A DNA stretch of 63,324 nt, counting the filler, from Octopus bimaculoides (lineage: Eukaryota): assembly GCF_001194135.2 (NCBI RefSeq). It is 8 parts of 8 records of this genome, joined end to end, with 100 filler letters (N's around TTAATTAATTAA, not from the genome) between each part and the next. Parts side by side here need not be neighbours in the genome. Positions count along the whole stretch, not along the records: positions 47,236 to 61,069 come from NC_068997.1; positions 61,170 to 63,324 come from NW_026314159.1; 6 more parts are not named here. The stretch is one strand, 5' to 3'. Of this stretch, positions 52,866 to 61,569 are shown one piece after another. Numbering within the stretch: position 1 is the stretch's first letter; each line of letters starts with the position of its first letter. Under the pieces are notes generated by a model. It was given only the letters and a program-made list of their open reading frames with translations. It was not told the origin of the DNA and made no database searches. Position numbers and translations under genes: made by a program.

Positions 52866-55523
52866 CTAAGAGACGAAACTCCAGAGAAAAGGTACAATAA
52901 TAATAATTAAAAAAAATCTTACCGCGGACTTCAAAATCTCCCACTCCAAATTGTGAGTAGGATGATTATATTCGAAGTAATCAAATGGCAAACACCGTTC
53001 ATTACTTTTCTCGGGATAATGAAGAAAGGGACATTGAAGTAAGACGCAGTTCTTTTGTTGAATGCAATGAGAAGCTGTAGGTTTGGTTTCTTCTTGCGAT
53101 GCGCCATTATATCGAAGAATTGCTTCAAATGTATCACTTTTGTTCAATTCTAGTGTCCTTCCACGGATCCAGTAATTTCCGTTACCGTTATTTGCATTTA
53201 GTATAAAGTCAAATCTCTCACCCGGACTGAGGATGACATAATCAACAGCCATTAGTTTTAGTTCATAACCATCAGAGGCAATGACTACCATCTGGTGACC
53301 ATCAATAGACACTTCACACGGGTACAGGAGCCCTGCAGCGATCACTCTAAAACGATATTCTTTACCCGATTCTACTTCAAAGACAGTCAGCGGGGCCCTA
53401 TTGTGTTTCCCTGATTCATCATAATAGCGACCTCGACCATTCACAAGACCAGATTGGAAGTTTAAAGGACTATATGGTGCTCCATCAAGAGATTTAGAAT
53501 TTTCTATTTTTTTACGATTCCAAGAAACTCCAAATTCTGAATTTAAATGACTCACATCGGAGTTGCAGTTAACTTGCTCTTTCTGTTTCTGTCTGTGGTC
53601 ATAAACTGGTTTTCTGAAGCTGTGACACACAGGCAAGTTATCCGGCATTTCTGGCAAGTGAGCAAAGGATTCGTTAAGAAAAAGGGCCATTCCATTGATG
53701 TTGTGTAATTCAATATGGCAGTGCATGAACCATAAACCAGGATTATCGGCCCGTATTCTCACTACAACGTAAGCACCCGTGGGGACCATAATTGTATCCT
53801 TTTGAGTAGCATTTTCCAACTTCAATCCGGGGATGTTGTCTCCCTCCCAGCTGCTGTTTGACCACGTTGCATTGTTACAATAATTCTTTTTCGGATCACC
53901 TCTGCAATCAATATCTTTAGTATCAGATAATATTTCTCCAGATGTTCGGTTGTATTTTGGAAACCCCATTTTAACTACATAAAATGAATGTCCATGCATG
54001 TGTATGGGGTGGGAGAATCCTTTACCTTTTCCCAAGTTTGTCATTACAATCTGGACAGTATCATTGGTTTCCAAATTTAAAGAATGAGTACAATGGCACA
54101 CTCTATCAACGCCACATTTGGCACTATCGCACAAAGTGTCTATTTCGTTCGGTTGTGTTAAAGGATTTACCGTGGGATCCAGGAATGCTCGACCATTTAT
54201 TGATGCCGGTGAGTTCCCAGGTTCACCAGGGAAGCCAAAATTTAAAAAGTATTCCTGAAACTTTCCTTGTCGAAAAGAAGGTGCATGAGTAGGGTTATAA
54301 GGCTCCAGGTCATCAAATTGTAAACATCGTTTATTAGTTTTCTCGGGATAATAAAGAAAGGGACAGTTAAGTAAGACGCAATTCTTCTGTTGAATGCAAT
54401 CAGAAACTGTGGAGTTAGAATCTTCGTCCGGTGCACCTTTATATCGAAGAATTGCTTCAAATGTATTGTTTTTGTGTATTTGTAGCGTCTTTCCACGGAT
54501 CCAGTAATTTCCGACATCGTTATTTGCCTTCAATATAAAATCAAATCTCTCACCTGGACTGAGGATGAAATAATCAACAGGTGATGGTTTCAGTTCGTGA
54601 CCATCGGCAGCAACGACTACCATCTGGTGACCATCAACAGACACTTCAAACGGGTACAGGATCCCCGCAGCAATCACTCTAAAACGATATTTTTTACCCG
54701 ATTCTACTTCAAAGACAGTCAACGGGGCCCCATTATGCTTCCCTGATTCATTATAATAGCGGCCCCGACCATTTACAAGACCAGACTGAAAGTCAAAAAG
54801 ACTATAATGTGCTCCATCAAGAGATTTGGAATTTCCAATCTTTTTATGATTCCAATAAGCTCCGAATTCTGTACTTAAATAACTCACAAGGGAGTCCCAG
54901 TTATGGTTGTAGTCTGTTATTAACATTACATGCTCTTCCATTTTAGGTTTTGTCTTCTCATGTATTATAAAAGCACCAAATATTCCCGTGGTACGTTGTG
55001 TCCCAAGATGAGAATGGTACCAATAAGTTCCAGTTTGTGCAGTATTAAATTCATATCTGAACGATTGACCTGGTAGAATAGGGCATTGTGTAACCCAAGG
55101 TACGCCATCCATATGAGGTGTTCCTTCTTGACGCAAACCATGCCAATGCATTGTCGTTCCTTCTGAAAATAATTGGTTTTCTACTTCAACGATGATTCTT
55201 TGTCCTTTATAAACTTCTATTGTTGGTCCTGGAACTGTGCCATTAACTGCAATCACCTTCACTGGTTCAAAGAAACCATCCATTGTAATAACTTCATCAG
55301 TTGGTATCGGTTGAGCATCCGTACAATTGACGTCATATCTGTAGAGTTTTCCATTACAGGGTTGTACCAAGGTACGATTAACTAACATAGTTAATTTATA
55401 GGAAATTACCAGCTTAAATTCACACTCGTCGTCTTCCATACGACATGTACGAGAGTAAACTAACGGTGAGAAGAGAGCCAGGAGGAACACAATTACGTGT
55501 TCATAGTTGAACCAGTGAATCAT
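52866..55523 (-). CDS. secreted/membrane-anchored multicopper oxidase (laccase-like), intronless CDS, ~885 aa, with duplicated cupredoxin domain 2
   Basis: Single ORF. First in-frame ATG at 55523, followed by a signal-like VIVFLLALFSPLVYS. Copper motifs HWHG, WYHSH, HPIHMHGH and HCHIELHNINGM are all intact. Hydrophobic C-terminus FFLIIIIVPFLWSFVS*. Confidence 0.93.
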   Translation of the reverse strand: MIHWFNYEHVIVFLLALFSPLVYSRTCRMEDDECEFKLVISYKLTMLVNRTLVQPCNGKLYRYDVNCTDAQPIPTDEVITMDGFFEPVKVIAVNGTVPGPTIEVYKGQRIIVEVENQLFSEGTTMHWHGLRQEGTPHMDGVPWVTQCPILPGQSFRYEFNTAQTGTYWYHSHLGTQRTTGIFGAFIIHEKTKPKMEEHVMLITDYNHNWDSLVSYLSTEFGAYWNHKKIGNSKSLDGAHYSLFDFQSGLVNGRGRYYNESGKHNGAPLTVFEVESGKKYRFRVIAAGILYPFEVSVDGHQMVVVAADGHELKPSPVDYFILSPGERFDFILKANNDVGNYWIRGKTLQIHKNNTFEAILRYKGAPDEDSNSTVSDCIQQKNCVLLNCPFLYYPEKTNKRCLQFDDLEPYNPTHAPSFRQGKFQEYFLNFGFPGEPGNSPASINGRAFLDPTVNPLTQPNEIDTLCDSAKCGVDRVCHCTHSLNLETNDTVQIVMTNLGKGKGFSHPIHMHGHSFYVVKMGFPKYNRTSGEILSDTKDIDCRGDPKKNYCNNATWSNSSWEGDNIPGLKLENATQKDTIMVPTGAYVVVRIRADNPGLWFMHCHIELHNINGMALFLNESFAHLPEMPDNLPVCHSFRKPVYDHRQKQKEQVNCNSDVSHLNSEFGVSWNRKKIENSKSLDGAPYSPLNFQSGLVNGRGRYYDESGKHNRAPLTVFEVESGKEYRFRVIAAGLLYPCEVSIDGHQMVVIASDGYELKLMAVDYVILSPGERFDFILNANNGNGNYWIRGRTLELNKSDTFEAILRYNGASQEETKPTASHCIQQKNCVLLQCPFLHYPEKSNERCLPFDYFEYNHPTHNLEWEILKSAVRFFLIIIIVPFLWSFVS

Positions 55524-55547
55524 AGTTGAACCAGTGAGTGCAGATAT

Positions 55548-55805
55548 CTGAAATAACAAAATATAAATATGAGAAACACTGAAATCATCAAAGACGATGT
55601 GACAATTAAATCATGAAATATTTGTAAGTTTCAAAGATGAAGGAATACCAACATATTAAAGAGAGGAAATGAAAATAAAACTTTGTGTGACAGGTAGACG
55701 GGGGTGAAATCAATATTGTTTTGTTAGTAGGACATTTCTGTAGGAACACCTTTTTATCAGGAACGGTTGGTGACACCGCATCATAAGCTAAAAGTGGGAA
55801 ATTAC
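55548..55805 (-). other. predicted 258-bp 5'-UTR intron of the oxidase gene
   Basis: Minus-strand donor GAG|GTAATT at 55805 and acceptor ttgttatttcAG| at 55548, 24 nt before the ATG. Confidence 0.5.
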
Positions 55806-55944
55806 CTCGTGTATTCCTGACAAAGCAGAAACACCGGTTGAAGTAATTTATTTAGTATGTGTGACTGTGAGATACAGTGTGATCCAGAAGATACTAGTAT
55901 ATTCTTTAACAGGAGCACATGATATTTATTACATAATTTGATTC

Positions 55945-55951
55945 TTTTATA
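55945..55951 (-). promoter_or_regulatory. candidate TATA box (TATAAAA) for the oxidase gene
   Basis: Lies ~140 nt upstream of the predicted donor. It would place the TSS near 55920 and give a ~115-nt exon 1 with no productive ATG. Confidence 0.35.
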
Positions 55952-56771
55952 GAGCTACTTATGCTCACGATTATTTTTGTTGACAAGATATTGTAGGTTA
56001 GAGATACGCCGGAGTGGCTTTGCGCTGATTGTAGATCAAGCCAAATTTGCTGTTGTGTAAAGATATTTACTATTTAGAAGACTGATAAATAAAGATTATA
56101 ACCTTCTAAAATTAGAGTGTTATACAGTTAAGAAATATTTCTTATCACATGAAACATCGCTCAATCCAAGCTGTGTCACCTCTATGAAATCGTTTACTAT
56201 TCCAAAAACTGTGCAATCTCCCTTACATTCGTTGAACACACTAAATAATAATGTAGACCCAGAAGTACTTGATCTTGAAGAAAGACATCTGCAATGTTTA
56301 AATATCGAAAATGCTTTCAAATTTTGGCACAAGTTCAGTCAAACGGGAGAAGACGATTGCATCGACCCAAACAATGATAATAGCGACAGAATTCCATACA
56401 TACATACGCACAAACACACACACACACACACACACANNNNNNNNNNNNNNNNNNNNNNNNNNNNNNNNNNNNNNNNNNNNNNNNNNNNNNNNNNNNNNNN
56501 NNNNNNNNNNNNNNNNNNNNNNNNNNNNNNNNNNNNNNNNNNNNNNNNNNNNNNNNNNNNNNNNNNNNNNNNNNNNNNNNNNNNNNNNNNNNNNNNNNNN
56601 NNNNNNNNNNNNNNNNNNNNNNNNNNNNNNNNNNNNNNNNNNNNNNNNNNNNNNNNNNNNNNNNNNNNNNNNNNNNNNNNNNNNNNNNNNNNNNNNNNNN
56701 NNNNNNNNNNNNNNNNNNNNNNNNNNNNNNNNNNNNNNNNNNNNNNNNNNNNNNNNNNNNNNNNNNNNNNN

Positions 56772-56818
<47 letters not shown>

Positions 56819-56821
56819 CGG

Positions 56822-56861
56822 CCAGAGTTCTTTTGTCACATTTCTGTGACCTCATCAGTGG
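56822..56861 (-). ncRNA. hammerhead copy with G12->A core mutation (probably inactive)
   Basis: Minus strand cca-CTGATGA-g-gtcaca(gaaa)tgtgac-AAAA-g-aa-ctc-tgg. Confidence 0.65.
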
Positions 56862-57531
56862 TCCTTTGCTTTCTTCTTTCTTTTTTGTGTCTTTCCTTAC
56901 TAATGATCAGCCATTTCGTATTCCTATTGTATCATTTGCGCATGCTTATACCATTATGTGTCTATGTTTAGTAAGTGTGTGTCTGGAAGAATGTGCCTAT
57001 ATCATCAGTATCCCCTGTTTATACACGCTCGTTTAATGTTTTTATTTATTTTGTTCATGTGTTTATACTTACTTATTTTTTCTATTCTTTCTTTTTTTGT
57101 ATTTAATTTAATTTAATTTGATTTATTTTGTTAATGTATACAGTTATTTAATTCCATTTGTTTATCTGTGTATTGTATTATATTAACATTGTTATCAGTT
57201 TATGGGTATTTTATTCTGTCATAGGTTGTGGTGTGCTGTGTGTGGGTGCTAGTGTTCCATTCTAGTTTCCTATTCAGGCTAGGTTTATCTTCTATTATGT
57301 TTGTAGCTCCTGTAATTTGTCTAAGCGTTGCGTCTGTTCTATATATGGACAAGATTTTAACTTCTATGTTGTTGAGCGAGCCCTTGTGTTCCTGCTCGGC
57401 GTGCTGGTACAGAACCGATGAGTTTTTCTCTCCCTTAAGTTCCCTCCAATGCTCATTTATCCGCTCTCCTATGCTCCGTGCTGATCATTAGTAAGAAAAG
57501 ACACACAAAAAAGAAAGGAGAAAGCAAAGGA

Positions 57532-57571
57532 CCACTGATGAGGTCACAGAGGTGTGACGAAAGAACTCTGG
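57532..57571 (+). ncRNA. minimal type I hammerhead ribozyme, intact core
   Basis: cca-CTGATGA-g-gtcaca(gagg)tgtgac-GAAA-g-aa-CTC^-tgg. Helix I cca/tgg, 6-bp helix II, A-U and G-C pairs in helix III. Predicted cleavage after 57568. Confidence 0.75.
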
Positions 57572-58228
57572 CCGAAATACGATTAATATAAAATAAAGCT
57601 GTAGCAAATGAACACCAAATATAAAGTGCATGTGGTGATGGATAAATTATCACCATTTTATATCTTTTATTTCGCGCATGCGCATTGTTTGTTTTTGNNN
57701 NNNNNNNNNNNNNNNNNNNNNNNNNNNNNNNNNNNNNNNNNNNNNNNNNNNNNNNNNNNNNNNNNNNNNNNNNNNNNNNNNNNNNNNNNNNNNNNNNNNN
57801 NNNNNNNNNNNNNNNNNNNNNNNNNNNNNNNNNNNNNNNNNNNNNNNNNNNNNNNNNNNNNNNNNNNNNNNNNNNNNNNNNNNNNNNNNNNNNNNNNNNN
57901 NNNNNNNNNNNNNNNNNNNNNNNNNNNNNNNNNNNNNNNNNNNNNNNNNNNNNNNNNNNNNNNNNNNNNNNNNNNNNNNNNNNNNNNNNNNNNNNNNNNN
58001 NNNNNNNNNNNNNNNNNNNNNNNNNNNNNNNNNNNNNNNNNNNNNNNNNNNNNNNNNNNNNNNNNNNNNNNNNNNNNNNNNNNNNNNNNNNNNNNNNNNN
58101 NNNNNNNNNNNNNNNNNNNNNNNNNNNNNNNNNNNNNNNNNNNNNNNNNNNNNNNNNNNNNNNNNNNNNNNNNNNNNNNNNNNNNNNNNNNNNNNNNNNN
58201 NNNNNNNNNNNNNNNNNNNNNNNNNNNN

Positions 58229-58273
<45 letters not shown>

Positions 58274-58324
58274 GAGAGAGAGAGAAATGAGTGTGTGTAC
58301 ATGTATTTATGCATGTGTGTGTTT

Positions 58325-58520
58325 GTGTCTGTTTATCCAGCACCACCACTTGTCAACTGGTATTGGTGTGTTTACGTCCCCTTGATGTAACAGTTCTGCA
58401 AAGGAGACTGATAGAATAAGTACCAGGCTTAGAAAATAAAACTAAAACGATACTGGGGTCAATTTATTTCACTAAAAGTTTATCAAGGCAGTGCCCCAGC
58501 ATAGCCGCAGTCCAAGAAAT
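58325..58520 (+). mobile_element. diverged 3' half of SINE family A
   Basis: ggtgtgtttacgtcccc...gatagaataagtaccaggctt...ggggtcaattt...ccagcatagccgcagtc. Confidence 0.7.
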
Positions 58521-58705
58521 GACAGAAAATACGAATACTCACATTTGTGTGCTTCCTTCTGTTCCATAAATTCCTTAATGGCTGGTGTCTTTCTTATCTC
58601 AGTTTCTATTCCCGATGTACACTAATTATTAGGAGCCGGCCTTTCCGATTGCAGATAGCTTTGAAAATGAATTACGCTTTGGTTATACGCGCTATTTATA
58701 CGTGT

Positions 58706-58857
58706 TATATTAGATTCGTTTGTTTATTTATTTAAAATTACGTGCTATTGTTTTCCCTGCGATCGAATTACACTTCCACTTTTGTTATGCGTCTTCACGA
58801 TCGCAAGTGATAACAACAGCACGTAATTTTAAATAGATAAATAAACGAATATAATAC
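58706..58857. repeat. ~150-nt palindrome with ~60-bp arms
   Basis: attcgtttgtttatttatttaaaattacgtgctattgtt...gcgatcg is the reverse complement of cgatcgc...aacaacagcacgtaattttaaatagataaataaacgaat. Confidence 0.85.
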
Positions 58858-58969
58858 AGAACGGAACATATACAGCGTGATCAGACGAAATGTAGACATA
58901 TCATTATTCAAATAATGCAAATTGATATATCGAATTTAAATATACTCAAATAAAGCCCCGAAAATGTAG

Positions 58970-59655
58970 ATAAGATGATGGGTTTAATTTTCAGTATATC
59001 CACCCTCGGCGGAGATTATCCGCCGGAGTCTCGAAACAACTTGGGAGCAAGTGGTACGAATAGTTTCTTCGGAGATTTCGTTGTGGCATTTTCACAAATG
59101 GTGCTCAAGAGCTCTGAGACTCGTGTGAGAATTAGCACGGGCTTTGCTGTCAGGGATAAACCATATGCCAAAGTCCATCAGACTGATGTCGGAGGAAGAA
59201 ATCTTTCAACCAGAACAACTTGAAGTTCCCTCGACACCATTCTTGGACATTTTTAGTCGCATGAGATATTGCGTTATCTTGTTGAGGAGTTACACTTTCG
59301 TCCCCAATTGTTGCAATAACCCAAGGGACTACTTTATCCTTTAACATGTTGGTTGATTTTTACACCCTCTTCAGTGAAAATTAGAGGGGTCTTCACGCCA
59401 TTTGAAGTCACACCCACCCACACCCTAATGAATGCAGGTTTCTGCCGCCGAAAGGATAATCTTTGTTTGACCGGAATGTCCTCTTTATTTACTGCATACA
59501 TACAATCATTTTGTGGATTGTGGTACATTTGCACGTTTCATCTGTGTACAGTATTGGTGGCTTCGTGCCATCTCAATTTTTGCAGAAGAAGCTTTGCTAT
59601 TTGTAGTCTTTTTCTCTTTGTGGCTTCAGACAAAAGATGTTCTGATATCATGCAA
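58970..59655 (-). mobile_element. maT/DD37D-type Tc1-mariner transposase remnant
   Basis: ILYTDE, HNPQND, RRQKP..I.VWVGVTSNGVKTPLIF.EEGVKINQ, QQDNAISH..K.VQEWC..NF, MDFGIW, AEGGYTE*. The third catalytic residue is D. The 37 spacing is reconstructed across small deletions. Confidence 0.8.
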
Positions 59656-59663
59656 AGAAATAA

Positions 59664-60020
59664 TTGAAGATCTTACAGCGACTACAACAGCAGCAACAAC
59701 AAAATCAACAATTGCTGGAATTAATGTTGAAGAAGTCTGAAAATACTTCACGTTCGTACTCTCCAGACAGCAAAGGAAACTCGATTGAAGAATTCAGTTA
59801 TTATCCAGAAGAAAGGATTACCTTCTCTACATAGTTTCGAAGATACCAAGAGATCGTCAAAGAAGAATTGAAAAACTGGACAAACGCGAATAAAGTAGGA
59901 CTACTTTTAAGAAAGTTATTCCTTGCCGAACACGAAAAATATAGGAATTATATTCTGCCGAAGAAGCCAGGTGAGATTTGTTTCGATGAAACAATTGCTG
60001 GACTTCGCACATCGGCGGCG
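59664..60020 (+). mobile_element. Gypsy (K02A2.6/Mag-like) gag N-terminal remnant
   Basis: SIEEFSYYPEERITFS.*FRRYQEI...KVGLLLRKL...EHEKYRNYILPKKP.EI.FDETI, with one stop. Confidence 0.75.
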
Positions 60021-60063
60021 CCCGCAAGATTTGCGGAGTAATAGAGCTTGAACAAAATGGTGG

Positions 60064-61012
60064 TTGCTCGGAGATGGGGAGCGAAAGGTAAAACCAGTCT
60101 ATAAGCCAACAAAAGTGAACGTGTGGTGACGCAATAGCAGTGGCGATGGTGGTGATAGTCGTGACTAAGATGGTAGGGATAGGGTTAAAGTCATTGATAT
60201 GCATAAGAACATGGGTCTGCAGTCATTACAGACTCTGGTCTAACGACATATGGTGGGGGGAGGGGAAAGGAAACTGCACCTATTTCCAACGTGCAGACTG
60301 GAGCAACATAAAACGAAGTACCTTGCTGAAGGATACTATGCATTGCTCGTACCAGGAAGTGAACCAACAGTCTTATGTTTCAGAGTCCAATTTCTTGACT
60401 TCTCACCCACATGACTTTCATTTAAGCAATACAACTTCCTTATGTGTATCACTCTTGCACAGCGTATGGCAGCATTTCTTCTGACTCCTTGGGTTCGGTG
60501 TCCAATCTAGGGGATAAAATATGTTCCGGCTAAGCACCGGGATCGAAGTAATGGAATTGGACCCGCCCTCTCAAAAAAATTGCTGGCCTTGTGCCTAAAG
60601 GTGAAGTAAAGTGAAACATTTAGAACTGGAAATTTTATCAGACAAATTACTATTGCCTTACATTGGTAATTTATGTTAAGTAATTTCAACTCATTAACAT
60701 AAAAAATTCAAAAAATTTATGAGCAGGAAACTGTCGAATTTAATTTAGACAACCTCAACGCATATCTTCTACTGATAGTGTAACGAATGGAAATAACGAG
60801 TACTTTGCTGCGCATGCCACACCAACTGCTTTATTATTAGAAGCATTGACATAATGATTGCAGACCCATGTTCTTATACCTATCAATGACTTTAACCGTA
60901 CCCACCATCATCACAGTCACCACCACCACCACCACTGCAACTGCGTTCACCGCACGTTCACTTTTGCTAACTTATAGACTGGTTTTACCTTCCGCTACTC
61001 GTCTCCAAGCAA
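60064..61012. repeat. long diverged inverted repeat (arms 60064-60228 and 60852-61012)
   Basis: aaggtaaaaccagtctataag...ggttaaagtcattgata...taagaacatgggtctgca occurs in opposite orientations. Confidence 0.85.
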
Positions 61013-61349
61013 ACATTATCGCTTGATACACACACACACACACACACACACAAATATATATATATATATNNNNNNNNNNNNNNNNNNNNNNNNNNNNNNN
61101 NNNNNNNNNNNNNTTAATTAATTAANNNNNNNNNNNNNNNNNNNNNNNNNNNNNNNNNNNNNNNNNNNNGGTGAAAACAGAGTTGATGGGAAAACAGCTG
61201 AAAGAAATGAAAGATAAAAAGTGAAACAAGAAAATAAATGTATATTGTTCTGAGAGAAGACAGCTATTGAAACAATGGATTGTGTTAAAGACTTAAAGGA
61301 TTGATTTATTGTTTTGTTGAGGAGATGCAAAAGAGACTGAAAAATCATT

Positions 61350-61569
61350 GTATCATTGTGGTATCTGTTAAAAATCATTTTCTTTTGGAAAGTAACCTCA
61401 TGAAACACAAATGTATTGAGAGAAGTGAGAAACCATATCCCAGTGGTATTAGTGGTAGATTATTCTCTAAAAGGTTTGCTATAACTGTTCACATACGTCT
61501 TCACACAGGAGAAAAACCATATCGCTGTCTGACTTAACTGCTTTACGTTCTCAGAAACGCATTCATACA
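61350..61569 (+). pseudogene. three degenerate upstream C2H2 finger units
   Basis: YHCGIC*KSF..SNLMKHKCI, YPSGISGRLFSKRFAITVHIRLHTGEKP, and a deleted unit ending QKRIHT. Confidence 0.65.

Larger units (their letters stand above)
56814..57579 (-). mobile_element. 5'-truncated Penelope-like insertion with an inverted terminal duplication
   Basis: Minus strand 57481-57200 encodes ARSIGERINEH...SVLYQHAEQEHKG...DATLRQIT.A..I.EDKPSLNRKLEW (GIY-YIG C-terminal half). Inverted ~100-bp arms at 56814-56911 and 57480-57579. Abuts (TA)n. Confidence 0.85.

Noticed and set aside
52866-55523. Horizontal transfer of the intronless oxidase from bacteria or fungi
   Set aside because: The Cys-rich N-terminus and inter-domain Cys clusters look like animal laccases and the composition is host-like. 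A phylogeny would be needed to claim transfer.
56822-56861. Idea that the minus-strand hammerhead was inactivated because it lies in the oxidase pre-mRNA
   Set aside because: The best local promoter and donor model puts the TSS near 55920, downstream of the ribozyme, and CpG decay explains the mutation. Revisit only if a more distal TSS is found.
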